A stretch of 64,000 nucleotides of DNA from Candidatus Poribacteria bacterium (GTDB lineage Bacteria > Poribacteria > WGA-4E > PCPOR2b). A program made the position numbers and the translations under genes. Under the pieces are notes generated by a model, which made no database searches, was not told where the DNA came from, and saw nothing but the letters and a program-made list of their open reading frames with translations. The first letter of the stretch is position 1. Each line of letters begins with the position of its first letter. This document shows, piece after piece, positions 21,101-31,724 of this stretch. The stretch is from NCBI GenBank assembly GCA_965223985.1, contig OZ245030.1, positions 3,282,930-3,346,929 on the forward strand, written 5' to 3'.

Positions 21101-21466
21101 GGTTGACACCACTTTTTTTATCGGATTGAATGGTGGTGTGTAATTCTTAGTAGCAGTGACTATAGTATAACAAATGATATGCCATAACGAATGATACCTA
21201 CACTTAACCCTCATTGCAAAAGAAAACTGAACGAATAACTGCTCATCTATCAGACGCATATAGAGGGTCTCTGTGGCGATTTTGCTACAGGGCGATACTA
21301 GTTTGATACGCGAGCCAACTCCAACAGTTGACATTGTCCTTAGACGGATGGTGAACGACGCCCTTATTCAACAAGCACAAGCTGCTGACGGAGAGGTGTT
21401 GAGTTCAGCTTGCCTTTGTGTTATAATTATGCCTGTTCATGATAATAGCTCTGAGGGAGAAAAAGT

Positions 21467-22885
21467 TTGTTCACAATGCATCATGTTTATGGCAATCGAT
21501 TCCGGACGAAAAGTGTTCTGATAGTGTTGATCTGCATCTCAATTGCAGAACTGGGTTGGAGCCAATCGAAATCGGAACTACAAAACAGTGTTTCAATCTC
21601 CCGAAGGAGTGCGATTGTCAGCGCTGTTGAGGATGCAAGCCCCGCGGTCGTTAACATCAGCACGTTTAGAAAGGTGGTTGAGTTAGTCCGTGAGGACAAT
21701 TTCTGGTCGCCACTATTTGATTCTCCTTTCCGGTCTTGGCAGCGGAAGGAGCTTCGTGGGCTTGGGTCCGGTGTAATCTTTGATCGACAAGGCTATGTGC
21801 TAACCAATCAACATGTGATCGAGGGCGCCGAATCAACGAAAGTGATTCTTTCAGACGGACACGAGTATGAGGCAAAAATTATCGGCGAAGATTTTCTTTC
21901 CGATTTGGCAGTGCTAGAAATTGATGCGTCGGAGCTTCATGAGATTAAGCAGGGGAATTCGGATGATTTAATGATTGGGGAGTGGGCAATTGCAATTGGC
22001 CACCCGTTTGCGTCGGCTGTCGGCAATTCCAAACCGACGGTCACAATCGGCGTTGTTAGTGCGACAGACCGCGTCCTGAAAACCGAGGATCGGCTTTATC
22101 ATAATCTGATACAGACGGATGCTTCGATTAACCCTGGAAATAGTGGCGGTCCCCTCGTTAATCTTTACGGGGAGCTAATTGGCATCAACACAGCAATCTA
22201 TTCAACGAGTGGAGGTTCACAGGGCATTGGCTTCGCGATTCCCGTAAATGTTGCCAGGCAGATTGTCAATCATCTCGTAGCGTACGGTTCGGTCGTCCCA
22301 CCGTACCTTGGAATCAACGTGCAAAGTTTGACAGAGGAACTCGCGGAAGACTTGAGATTGGAAGGAAGCATCGGCGTATTAGTCAGTGCAGTGGACGAAG
22401 GAAGCCCTGCAGAAGAGGCGGGGCTTAAACGCGGGGATGTCATTGAGGCAATCAATCAGCAACCAATCCTAAACTCGGAGGAGACATTCAGGTCAATCAC
22501 CCGTTTACTGAATAAAGATCAGACGGTTGCTTTTCAGGTTTTTCGTAGAGGAAAGCGGGAAAATCTGAGTTTGACAATCCGGGAGCTTCAATGGAGATAC
22601 ACAATGCCAGGTTGGGGTATCACTGTTGAACAATTAAACCTGAAAACTGGACGGAAATATCGTCTGCGGGGTGTTGTTGTCTCAAAGATAAGTCGGCGTA
22701 GCACCCTAGCGAAACTCGGATTGCGGCGTGCCGATCTCATCTATCGGATTAGTAATGACAGAATCAGGTCGGTTGAAGACTTCAGACTTAAGACCAATGA
22801 GTTGAGGCAGAACCAAGTAATTGAACTTTACTTTGAACGAGATGGCAAGCGGCAAGCCTTGCATGACTTAATTATTCAACGCTAG
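21467..22885 (+). CDS. htrA: HtrA/DegP family periplasmic serine protease with PDZ domains
   Basis: Trypsin-like catalytic triad context (HVIEGA... DLAVLEI... GNSGGPLVN) and two PDZ-like regions. Signal peptide. Confidence 0.85.
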   Translation: MFTMHHVYGNRFRTKSVLIVLICISIAELGWSQSKSELQNSVSISRRSAIVSAVEDASPAVVNISTFRKVVELVREDNFWSPLFDSPFRSWQRKELRGLGSGVIFDRQGYVLTNQHVIEGAESTKVILSDGHEYEAKIIGEDFLSDLAVLEIDASELHEIKQGNSDDLMIGEWAIAIGHPFASAVGNSKPTVTIGVVSATDRVLKTEDRLYHNLIQTDASINPGNSGGPLVNLYGELIGINTAIYSTSGGSQGIGFAIPVNVARQIVNHLVAYGSVVPPYLGINVQSLTEELAEDLRLEGSIGVLVSAVDEGSPAEEAGLKRGDVIEAINQQPILNSEETFRSITRLLNKDQTVAFQVFRRGKRENLSLTIRELQWRYTMPGWGITVEQLNLKTGRKYRLRGVVVSKISRRSTLAKLGLRRADLIYRISNDRIRSVEDFRLKTNELRQNQVIELYFERDGKRQALHDLIIQR

Positions 22886-22989
22886 AGCGTGCAGTCGAAG
22901 AACTAACCGAAAATTTCGCAACTGAATTTCTCATCAGGTGTTTGTAAAGACAGCCATATACTAATTGAGTTGAAGTGAGGTGAACAAAA

Positions 22990-23709
22990 ATGCGATTACA
23001 GCTTCCAACAATCATCTGTGTGTGTTTATCACTCGTTATATTAATTACACTTATGGTTTTTATGAAAGCGAATGAGGAGGGGATGAATCGCGAAGCCGTA
23101 AATTTGGAAAGTGAGGAATTTAAACAGACGCGGGAACACGCGGCAGACGCATACAGTACAAAACAATATACGCAGGCGATAGAACTTTATAAAGAGGCTT
23201 TGCGATTGCGTCCTGAGAATGCATACGTGCATAACGATCTCGGCGCAACATATTATGAATGTGGTCTTGCGCATGCTGGACCCAATTGGCCCTCTTGGGA
23301 TAGCGATTTGTCAGGTAGAACATTGGAGGAAGCGCTTCGGGAACTTCAAATGGCCATTGCTCAAACAGGCTCTGGATATATTGTATTGAAAACTGATTCT
23401 CCAGAAGTTACCAAAGCAATTGAAGAAAAAGCCAGAGCGGCGGGGGCACAAATTGATACCGATACATTCGAAAACAACGCAAACATCAACATTCTCGTTG
23501 GGAAAACGAAAGAGTTTTTTTTGAAAGCAGAGTCAGCCTATCTTCAGGCAAAGGATATAAAACCGACTTATCCCAAACCTTATCTTAACCTTGGTGCCCT
23601 GTACATGAAAATTGGTCAACGCAGCATCGCCTTGGATTATCTAGAAAATGCTTATCGCTTGGATCCGAGGGATAAGGAACTTGAGGAATATCTCAATCAG
23701 CTTCGATGA
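22990..23709 (+). CDS. TPR-repeat protein with N-terminal transmembrane segment or signal
   Basis: TPR-like AxxYxxAIELYKEALRLRPENAYVHNDLG and ALDYLENAYRLDP. Confidence 0.5.
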   Translation: MRLQLPTIICVCLSLVILITLMVFMKANEEGMNREAVNLESEEFKQTREHAADAYSTKQYTQAIELYKEALRLRPENAYVHNDLGATYYECGLAHAGPNWPSWDSDLSGRTLEEALRELQMAIAQTGSGYIVLKTDSPEVTKAIEEKARAAGAQIDTDTFENNANINILVGKTKEFFLKAESAYLQAKDIKPTYPKPYLNLGALYMKIGQRSIALDYLENAYRLDPRDKELEEYLNQLR

Positions 23710-23731
23710 TTAACTAAGGCAGTGGAGGTTA

Positions 23732-24526
23732 ATGAAATCCGAACAACACATCAGGCTGAAACCAATGACGGTCGTGGAGATTGCTTCTTGGAGCCTGCGT
23801 TTTTATCAAGAGAATTTCCTCAGCCTACTTATTCTCGTTGTCCCCGGCTTTGCCGTTTGGCTAGTTATTTTCCTATTTGTTTTTCGACATGATGCCACAG
23901 GTTCACCGACTCAGCAAATTCAAGCAGCAGGCGCGCACGAATTATACGTGGCGTTCTCTCTCTTTGTGTTCCTCTTTTTGTCGGCAGTTGTCACAGCGGT
24001 GGGAATCATCGCGATTTCGGGACAGCTTGTGGACAAAGAAATGAGCGCGGGTAAAGCTTGCATGCGTGTCCTAGATGTCGGTTACCCGGTGCTCGGCACA
24101 TTAACACTTTCCACAATCGTCATTACGATTGGCTTACGGCTCTTCCTGATACCGGGCATAATCGCTTATGTCTGGTTCTGCTTGGCACCGTCCGTTGTGA
24201 TGATGGAGGGAGAGGGTGGTTTGGGTGCGCTTAAGCGGAGCCGTGCCATTGTCAAAGACTACTTCAGTAAGACGTTCCTTATCGTTGTTCCGGTAGCAAT
24301 CATTGAAATCCTCTTGGCGTGGGTCATCCTTTTTTTGCCGAATCTCCTCGGCAACCATTCCTATCTTAATCATCTGCTTTTATCAACTGTTTTCACCGTT
24401 CTGTTGCTTCTGACTGCACCTTTGAAAATCGCAGCAACGACGATGCTCTACTACGACCTGCGTGTTCGTAAAGAAGGGTACGATTTACAATCTCTAGCAG
24501 AAGAGCTCAGCGAATCGCCTTTCTAG
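23732..24526 (+). CDS. Polytopic membrane protein, function unknown
   Basis: Six or more hydrophobic helices. No diagnostic motif. Confidence 0.45.
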   Translation: MKSEQHIRLKPMTVVEIASWSLRFYQENFLSLLILVVPGFAVWLVIFLFVFRHDATGSPTQQIQAAGAHELYVAFSLFVFLFLSAVVTAVGIIAISGQLVDKEMSAGKACMRVLDVGYPVLGTLTLSTIVITIGLRLFLIPGIIAYVWFCLAPSVVMMEGEGGLGALKRSRAIVKDYFSKTFLIVVPVAIIEILLAWVILFLPNLLGNHSYLNHLLLSTVFTVLLLLTAPLKIAATTMLYYDLRVRKEGYDLQSLAEELSESPF

Positions 24527-25500
24527 CCCATGACCTCTTTCTGATACCAATTCCACAACTTGGCTAATCCATCCGCAACATCGGTTTGAGGGTTGTAAGC
24601 CAATAAACGACGTGCTTGGTTGATGTTGGCAACGGTGTTTTTCGGCTCGCTCGCCGGTGCGGAAGGTGTGGAAAGGATTGCTTTGCGACCGACGAGCGTT
24701 TCGACGATTTTAACGAAATCTATCATGAGCACGGGTTCGCCCCGTCCGAGGTTGATGATTTGGTAGCCTAGTGGCTTTTCGAGAGCAGACGCCACACCTG
24801 CAACAATATCGTCTATATACGTCCAATCTCGTCTCATTTGACCCCCATCGAATAAGGCGATTTGCTGCTGGTTCACAATGCAATCCGTGACCATGAAGGG
24901 CATCATGTCGGGGCGTCCGCGAGGACCGTAGACGCTGAAGAAGCGTAGTGCCGTGAAATTGAGTTGGTGTAGATGGTAGTAAGTATAACCCATGACCTCG
25001 ACCGCTTTTTTGCTAGCAGGATACGGTGCCAACGGGTGATTGCAGGGATCGGTTTCGATGAACGGCAGTTGTTCTGTTTCACCGTATACGGAGGAGGTAG
25101 AAGCAAAGACGAAGTTTCCAACGTCATTGTGTCGGGCTGCTTCCAACAGGTTGATAGACCCTAGAATGTTAACATCGGCGTAAAGTTTTGCGCGTCCAAT
25201 TGAATAGCGGACTGCCCCATAGCCAGCGAGATGTGCCACTGCTTCTGGCTTGTGCTCGGCAAAGATACGGTTGATGGCTTCCCGATTTCGAATGTCTTCC
25301 TCGTACACGATGCAGTGAGAGTGATCGCGTAAACAAGCTACGTTCGCATTTTTCTGGCACACATTGTAATAACTGTTAAAGCTATCTAGGGCAATGACAT
25401 CATCGCCGCGAGCCAACAACGCATCGCAAAGATGGGAACCAATGAAACCGGCAGCACCGGTGACGACGATTTTCAAGGGGAACCTCCAGATTAAACGCAA
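24523..25500 (-). CDS. NAD-dependent epimerase/dehydratase (UDP-sugar 4-epimerase-like SDR)
   Basis: VTGAAGFIGSH Rossmann motif and YxxxK context (YPASKKAVE). Confidence 0.8.
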   Translation of the reverse strand: MRLIWRFPLKIVVTGAAGFIGSHLCDALLARGDDVIALDSFNSYYNVCQKNANVACLRDHSHCIVYEEDIRNREAINRIFAEHKPEAVAHLAGYGAVRYSIGRAKLYADVNILGSINLLEAARHNDVGNFVFASTSSVYGETEQLPFIETDPCNHPLAPYPASKKAVEVMGYTYYHLHQLNFTALRFFSVYGPRGRPDMMPFMVTDCIVNQQQIALFDGGQMRRDWTYIDDIVAGVASALEKPLGYQIINLGRGEPVLMIDFVKIVETLVGRKAILSTPSAPASEPKNTVANINQARRLLAYNPQTDVADGLAKLWNWYQKEVMG

Positions 25501-25531
25501 CGTGCAAAAAAAGGTGCTTTGCCGTAAACGA

Positions 25532-26569
25532 TTATTCTACAATTTCAGCACGGATGGTGTGATACCCAACAGCACCGGCAGGTTCTGCATCAAAGCCAGT
25601 TTCTCGCTGGATTAACCCATCATTAGCAATTGCTCTGGCGTAAATCTCAGTTTCTCCCCAATTCTTCGGCACTTGCCACGTATATTTCCAAAGGTACCAT
25701 GCGAGCGGTGAGTCACTTGCCCAAATTTCCGCCTCTTCCCACGTGTTACCGGCATCAAAGCTTACCTCAACACTGCTGATTCCGCTATGATTTCCACTAT
25801 CAAATGCGGCGCCACTAATGGTATACGTCGTTCCACCTTGGATTTTCTCGCCCTCGGTAGGCGTACCAATTAGGGTTGCTAATTTGACGCGCGCAATCGG
25901 GTCCCATCCTCTTTTTTCCCAATATCCATCGTGCTCTTCTGCAAGAATAATGTTGACGATCCATTTTGGATTTTTGGTGCCGTAGTGACCGGGATTGAGT
26001 AGGCGGACAGGAAAACCGTGATTTTGAGGGAGAACCTCTCCGTTCATTTTGTACACTAAAAGCGTTTCCTCACGTAGTGCACGGTCGATGGGAACGGCTG
26101 TATGGTAGCCGTCAGCACAACGAAACACAACTACCTTTGCCTCGTTCTTGACCCCTACTTCCTGAAGAACATCGGCTAGCCGTACACCAGTCCACATAGC
26201 ATTACTCATCTGTTCGACTCCGATTAAATCGCCGATACACTTGAGAGTTCGCATCGTCGTTACGGATGACATACGCGTGATATCTGCATACCTTAAAATA
26301 CAGTTTTTTTTCACCAAACCTGTGATTGTCAACTGCCAGCGCGCTGAATTGATGAGCGGCGGCTGTCGGATTTGAAGAACGTAAAATTCGTCGGTTGGAG
26401 TTATCAGCGAAGGCGGTATAAGGCTGTTTCTTCCAAGCTTTGCCTCTGAATTCTCCGTAAAATGTTGTGGAGAGGGATAAACGGTGTTTACCGCATTGAG
26501 ACAACGAAACGGCAGCGTCGTCCCTGCGGCGCTCATCACAGTCATCTTGACAAATTTTCTGCGTTTCAT
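25532..26569 (-). CDS. Sulfite-oxidase-family molybdopterin oxidoreductase, Tat-exported
   Basis: Tat motif KRRKFVK, molybdenum-ligand cysteine context TLKCIGD, and a C-terminal Ig-like dimerisation domain. Confidence 0.7.
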   Translation of the reverse strand: MKRRKFVKMTVMSAAGTTLPFRCLNAVNTVYPSPQHFTENSEAKLGRNSLIPPSLITPTDEFYVLQIRQPPLINSARWQLTITGLVKKNCILRYADITRMSSVTTMRTLKCIGDLIGVEQMSNAMWTGVRLADVLQEVGVKNEAKVVVFRCADGYHTAVPIDRALREETLLVYKMNGEVLPQNHGFPVRLLNPGHYGTKNPKWIVNIILAEEHDGYWEKRGWDPIARVKLATLIGTPTEGEKIQGGTTYTISGAAFDSGNHSGISSVEVSFDAGNTWEEAEIWASDSPLAWYLWKYTWQVPKNWGETEIYARAIANDGLIQRETGFDAEPAGAVGYHTIRAEIVE

Positions 26570-26772
26570 AGTTTATTCCATGATGTCAGGTAGATCTGAA
26601 AACGTGCTCCTTAGCGGGCAATTTGTCCCATGACTGACGGATATAGGGCGCACGGAGTATTTTGCTGCGCGTTGGTTACAATGTACAAATGAGGGGAAGG
26701 AAATACATGTTATCTGCATAATGCTGGTAGTTCCCAGTGACTCTCTTCTTGCTTCAATTCCAGCCTTTATTC

Positions 26773-27567
26773 TTATTGCCACCCAATGAGTTTCAGATAC
26801 CAGTCCCAAATTGTGAATCCCCAAAGCAAATCTAGCACCGCGCCGAGTGCGAGAAAGGGACCATAGGGAATCGAGCTTTGCAATCCATCCTTCGCACCGA
26901 AAAAAATTAGGATTACACCGACAATTGAGCCGATAAGAGCTGAAGACGTAATCACAAGAAGCAGGTGTGGCCACGCCCCAAGAAACAATCCAATCAGTCC
27001 CATCAATTTGATATCCCCAATCCCCATTGCCCGCTTGCGAAAGATAATGCTTCCCAAGGTCCCAATAAGCGCTGTCACGACGCTGCCCGCTACCGCTCCA
27101 ATCAGATGCTCAATGAAAAGGTCGCCATCTTGCTGTATGAGCGAAATGAAACTTATAATTGCTAATCCTGAAAGTAGTCCAGCAAAGATAACTGCGTTCG
27201 GAATTATGTACCACCGTGCGTCAATCCAAGCAATTGGAACAAGCAAGATGATGAACAGACAGCCGTGCAGTAATTCAAGCGACATTCCGAACCTATAAAA
27301 CATCAGGACAAATAAGCCGCCGGTAATCAGTTCGACTAAAGGGTAGATGATTGAAATTTTCGAACCACAGGTCCTACAGCGTCCTCGCAGAAGGAGAAAA
27401 CTCAACAGTGGAACATTGTCGTAGGCTCGAATTGGGGTCTGACACGCGGGGCAAAACGATCTCTGGGGGATATGAATGGAAAGTCCTTCGCGCGGTATCC
27501 GATAGATGCACACGTTCAGGAAACTCCCAAGCGTTAACCCGAGTAAGAAGATTAAGGCAGCAGCCAT
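26773..27567 (-). CDS. pilD: Prepilin peptidase (A24 family)
   Basis: MAAALIFLLGLTLGSFLNVCIYRIP, the CPxC...C-x2-C zinc motif (CPACQT...CRTCG) and conserved aspartates. ATG at 27567 is preferred over the TTG start at 27621. Confidence 0.8.
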   Translation of the reverse strand: MAAALIFLLGLTLGSFLNVCIYRIPREGLSIHIPQRSFCPACQTPIRAYDNVPLLSFLLLRGRCRTCGSKISIIYPLVELITGGLFVLMFYRFGMSLELLHGCLFIILLVPIAWIDARWYIIPNAVIFAGLLSGLAIISFISLIQQDGDLFIEHLIGAVAGSVVTALIGTLGSIIFRKRAMGIGDIKLMGLIGLFLGAWPHLLLVITSSALIGSIVGVILIFFGAKDGLQSSIPYGPFLALGAVLDLLWGFTIWDWYLKLIGWQ

Positions 27568-27773
27568 AAAATACTCGCATGCAAATTCACGACATGAGCG
27601 CCTCAAATGAGAAAATCTCAATTTAGGGGGTAGCTTGACTTTTCATTATGTGGATTATAACATTATACCTAAAAAATTGCGAACTTCTTTCAGCCAATCT
27701 CCATATTGTCCAAATCAGTGGACATACGATTCGCAGAAAACCATCAGCGTTTTCTAAGGGTTCATTTTTTCCC

Positions 27774-27802
27774 TTGACAGTCAAAGGGATGAATGCTAAT
27801 AT
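27774..27802 (+). promoter_or_regulatory. Promoter for tRNA-Pro (TTGACA-17-TAATAT)
   Basis: ttgaca gtcaaagggatgaatgc taatat lies ~25 nt upstream of the tRNA. Confidence 0.45.
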
Positions 27803-27827
27803 GTATAAGCATTTTGTGGTATTTATT

Positions 27828-27901
27828 CGGGGCGTGGCGCAGCCCGGAAGCGCGCTTGAATGGGGTTCAAGAGGTCGCTGGTTCAAATCCAGTCGCCCCG
27901 A
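27828..27901 (+). tRNA. tRNA-Pro (anticodon GGG)
   Basis: Manual cloverleaf. Acceptor CGGGGCG/CGCCCCG, D arm GCGC-AGCCCGGAA-GCGC, anticodon stem CTTGA/TCAAG with loop ATGGGGT, T arm GCTGG-TTCAAAT-CCAGT. Followed by a T-run. Confidence 0.8.
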
Positions 27902-28245
27902 TTTTTTTGCCCGTCGTTTTTTGGTTTCGATAGTTGTTGCCTACCACTTTGATGTGCTATGAATTTCTTTCCCAACAGATTGAGTTCTCCACGATTGCCC
28001 GTGTTTATGCTCCTTCTCTGCTGCATCAAGACGGATAATGGATTTAATGGGATAAAGCTTGCTATCGGACTGTATGTTACACAGCTTGAATTGCACCTAG
28101 TGTTCAATGGCATAATCGACTACTTTCAGGGAACCTTATTAGGAAGACTTAATTCTGTGAGAGATTGAGTTTCTATAGTTAGGCGTTTCTGAATCAAATA
28201 CAGGTGTAAAGTTTATGAAACAGATTTTAAGATAAAGAGAGAGAC

Positions 28246-29568
28246 GTGAATAGATCGAGCATCAATGTGGGACTTCTGGGATGGGGGACCGTCGGAACAG
28301 GAGTCTCAAAAATTTTGGTCAATAAAAACAGGCTGATTTCTCTGAATGCGGGAGTCCACCTTAAACTGACCAAGATTGTGAAACGGACACTACCGGCATC
28401 GCGTACCGGGCTCCAGTTGCCCCCCGATTGCCTCACAACAGAGCCTGCTGAAGTCGTAGATAATCCCGATATTGATATTGTCGTGGAATTGATTGGCGGA
28501 GTAACAGATGCTCGGCGCTTAATAATTCAGGCTATCCGTAATGGAAAGCATGTTGTGACGGCGAACAAAGCGTTGTTAGCAGAACACGGCTTTGAACTTT
28601 TTCAGCTTGCCTCAGAGCAAAAAGTAAGCCTCAACTTTGAAGCGAGCACAGCAGGTGGTATTCCAATTATCAAAACATTGAAGGAGAGTTTTGCCGCGAA
28701 TCGTATTCAATCCATCTACGGTATCATCAACGGTACGTGCAACTATATTCTGACAGAAATGCATGAAAAAGGGGCTGATTTCGATGAAGTGTTACAAGAA
28801 GCCCAGACCCGCGGATATGCGGAAGCCGATCCGGAGCTTGATATTGAAGGAATTGATGCGGCTCAGAAACTGACGCTCCTTACCGCGCTTGCTTACGGTT
28901 TTAACATACCGATGCAAGACATCTACACCGAAGGTATTACGAGAATCACTCAAAAAGAGATTCAGCACGCGCGCGAGCTTGGATACGTCATCAAGTTGCT
29001 TGCGATTGCCAAGCGAAGTAAAGACAAAATTGAGGCACGAGTGCATCCAACAATGGTGCCCGTACGAAGCATGCTGGCAAATGTTGGTGGAGCGTTCAAT
29101 ACGGTCTGCGTCATTGGTGATGCTGTTGGGCCAACTCTTTTTTACGGACAAGGTGCGGGTGAAATGCCAACGGCGAGTGCCGTTGTAGCAGACATCATTG
29201 ATTCGGCAAAATCAATTTGTGGACATGCTCACGCTCATGTTCCGCGTGGTTGGCTCTCTGAATCACAATCCGATGTTTCATCTTGTACAATAGATGCAAT
29301 TGAAACTCGTTACTATGTTCGCTTGATGGCATTGGATCAGCCGGGGGTCTTGGCTCAAGTCAGCAGTATTTTGGGAACCCATCATATCAGCATTGCGTCG
29401 TTGATTCAAAAAGAACGCCATGAAGCCGATAGAACGGTCTCAATAGTTATGGTGACTCACAAAGCAATTGAGAAAGATGTGCAAGCGGCTATACGGAAGA
29501 TTGACGCACTCGATGCCGTCAAGCGTACAAGCCAACTGATTCGAATTGAAGACGAAGTTGCATTTTAG
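28246..29568 (+). CDS. hom: Homoserine dehydrogenase
   Basis: N-terminal NAD-binding VGLLGWGTVGTGV, catalytic domain and C-terminal ACT domain. Confidence 0.88.
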   Translation: MNRSSINVGLLGWGTVGTGVSKILVNKNRLISLNAGVHLKLTKIVKRTLPASRTGLQLPPDCLTTEPAEVVDNPDIDIVVELIGGVTDARRLIIQAIRNGKHVVTANKALLAEHGFELFQLASEQKVSLNFEASTAGGIPIIKTLKESFAANRIQSIYGIINGTCNYILTEMHEKGADFDEVLQEAQTRGYAEADPELDIEGIDAAQKLTLLTALAYGFNIPMQDIYTEGITRITQKEIQHARELGYVIKLLAIAKRSKDKIEARVHPTMVPVRSMLANVGGAFNTVCVIGDAVGPTLFYGQGAGEMPTASAVVADIIDSAKSICGHAHAHVPRGWLSESQSDVSSCTIDAIETRYYVRLMALDQPGVLAQVSSILGTHHISIASLIQKERHEADRTVSIVMVTHKAIEKDVQAAIRKIDALDAVKRTSQLIRIEDEVAF

Positions 29569-29595
29569 TATCGTGAAAAGCAAAGGGATGTAAGA

Positions 29596-30840
29596 GTGGG
29601 AATCATAGTTCAAAAATTTGGTGGAACTTCTGTTGCTGACGCGACAAAAATCAAAAATGTCGCAAAGCGCGTGGTGCAAACACATAATGAGGGGCATCAC
29701 GTTGTCGTCGTAGTTTCTGCAATGGGTGATACGACGGACCGATTGGAAGGTCTAGCTTATGAAATTTCTACAAATCCTCTTGAGCGTGAACTCGCCATGC
29801 TTTTGTCCACAGGAGAACAGGTTTCGATTGCCTTGCTTGCCATGGCAGTTTCAGATCTTGGACACCAAGCAATTTCCCTCACGGGAACGCAGGTCGGTAT
29901 TATTACCGGTGGCTTTTATAGTGAGGCGCGAATTCAGAGTATCAATCAGGGACGTATCCTTTCGGAGTTAGATCGGGGAAAGATTGTTATCCTAGCGGGT
30001 TATCAAGGGGTTACAATCGACAACGAAATCACAACGCTCGGGCGCGGAGCTTCTGACACGACCGCCGTGGCAGTCGCTGCAACATTGGGTGCCGATCGCT
30101 GTGACATTTATACGGATGTGGATGGAGTGTACTCAGCAGATCCACGCATTGTTCCAAACGCCCGGAAACTTAACCGTATTACACACGATGAAATGCTTGA
30201 AATGGCACGGCTCGGCGCAAAAGTCCTACATTCCCGATCGGTTGAGCTTGCGAAGAAATTCGATGTCCACCTTTGCGTTCGGTCTAGCTTCACCGAAACT
30301 GAGGGTACAATTGTTGTAAAGGAAAATGAGATGATAGAGGAAGTTATTGTCAGCGGAGTCACGTCGGATAAAGATCAAGCGAAGGTATCATTACTTGGTG
30401 TGCCGGACACCCCAGGAATTGCCGCACGTATTTTCCAAGAAATTGCCGACGCCCATATCAATACCGATGTGATCATTCAAAACGTGAGTCATGAAGGGAC
30501 CACCGACATATCGTTTACGGTTGCTAAGAAAGACTTGGAGGCAACCCTGAAAACCGCTGAAATGCTCAAAGCCAAGATCGGTTGTCAAAACATCAGCACA
30601 GACAAGAACATTGCCAAAGTGTCAGCAATCGGAATTGGGATGAAAAGCCATGTCGGTATCGCCGCGCGAATGTTCCGTGCCCTCGCCGATGAAGGCATAA
30701 ACATTCAGATGATTAGCACTTCGGAAATCAAAATCTCTTGTGTCATTGGCGACAAAGAGACTGAACGTGCTGTGCGCGCGATTCACGATAGGTTTGAATT
30801 GGGGAATAATTCCCATGAAAGCGTTGGAGTTCAGCGTTAA
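29596..30840 (+). CDS. lysC: Aspartate kinase (monofunctional, with ACT domains)
   Basis: IVQKFGGTSVAD N-terminus, amino-acid kinase fold, and two C-terminal ACT repeats. Confidence 0.88.
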   Translation: MGIIVQKFGGTSVADATKIKNVAKRVVQTHNEGHHVVVVVSAMGDTTDRLEGLAYEISTNPLERELAMLLSTGEQVSIALLAMAVSDLGHQAISLTGTQVGIITGGFYSEARIQSINQGRILSELDRGKIVILAGYQGVTIDNEITTLGRGASDTTAVAVAATLGADRCDIYTDVDGVYSADPRIVPNARKLNRITHDEMLEMARLGAKVLHSRSVELAKKFDVHLCVRSSFTETEGTIVVKENEMIEEVIVSGVTSDKDQAKVSLLGVPDTPGIAARIFQEIADAHINTDVIIQNVSHEGTTDISFTVAKKDLEATLKTAEMLKAKIGCQNISTDKNIAKVSAIGIGMKSHVGIAARMFRALADEGINIQMISTSEIKISCVIGDKETERAVRAIHDRFELGNNSHESVGVQR

Positions 30841-31360
30841 GGACATTAATGAGACCGGGGTCGATTTACACGAGCTTCCCGTGCCTCCGATGGAAATTGG
30901 CTTGGAGATAGAAGAAGGACAGCTTGTAAAGCCGATTCATGGGAATATCCAACTGGCGCGTCTTGTGAACGAGGTTTATGTGAAAGCCGATTTCTCGACA
31001 TCAATTGAGATTATGTGTCGGCGTTGCACGGAACGTTTCGGAACGGACATTGCCACAAGGATTGAGCTGCAATTTTATCCAACGGAGAAACCTGAACAAG
31101 TAGAACCTTGGCTCCTTGACGTTGGTGAGCGATATTACTCAGGGGAAGTTATAGATTTGACTGAAGAAGTGCGTCAAGCCCTTACGCTCGAAATTCCAAT
31201 CTGGGCGCTATGTTCAGAGTCATGCGAAGGCTTGTGTCCTCACTGTGGCGCCGACCTCAATGTAACGCATTGCGATTGTTATAAACCTGAAGTGGGCTCA
31301 TCGCCATTTGCTGCTTTGGTGGATATTTTGGACACGTCAAAGCGTGCAGTTGGTAAATAG
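30815..31360 (+). CDS. yceD: YceD/DUF177 family protein (23S rRNA accumulation protein). Overlaps the lysC 3' end by 26 nt.
   Basis: Position upstream of rpmF and a C-terminal Cys cluster (CEGLCPHCGADLNVTHCDC). The ATG at 30815 is in frame with the ORF-track ORF that starts at 30740. Confidence 0.65.
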   Translation: MKALEFSVKDINETGVDLHELPVPPMEIGLEIEEGQLVKPIHGNIQLARLVNEVYVKADFSTSIEIMCRRCTERFGTDIATRIELQFYPTEKPEQVEPWLLDVGERYYSGEVIDLTEEVRQALTLEIPIWALCSESCEGLCPHCGADLNVTHCDCYKPEVGSSPFAALVDILDTSKRAVGK

Positions 31361-31436
31361 CCTCAATATCCTGATGCCCAATACTAAAAACAAAAGGAGG
31401 TGAGTTTCTGATTTTTCCAAAAAATCGGAGAAAACA

Positions 31437-31622
31437 TTGGCACATCCAAAACGTCGAACTTCAAAATCAAAAAAACGTATGAGAAGAAGCCATCATGCGC
31501 TTTGGGAAAAATTCCTCTCCATATGCCCAAACTGTTCGGAGACAAGTTTGTCTCACCGAGTTTGCCCAAGTTGTGGGTATTACCGAGGTAGAAAAATCCT
31601 AAAATCTGTTGAAGAAATATAG
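31437..31622 (+). CDS. rpmF: 50S ribosomal protein L32
   Basis: MAHPKRRTSKSKKRMRRSHHAL with the CPNC...CPSCG zinc ribbon. Confidence 0.9.
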   Translation: MAHPKRRTSKSKKRMRRSHHALWEKFLSICPNCSETSLSHRVCPSCGYYRGRKILKSVEEI

Positions 31623-31724
31623 CTATCCCCATCACTCATGAATGATTACGCCGTTGTATTTCTAAGGGTGAAATTCAACAGATAATTACTAGGATTATCA
31701 TTTCAAAAAAGGGATTCTGTTATA

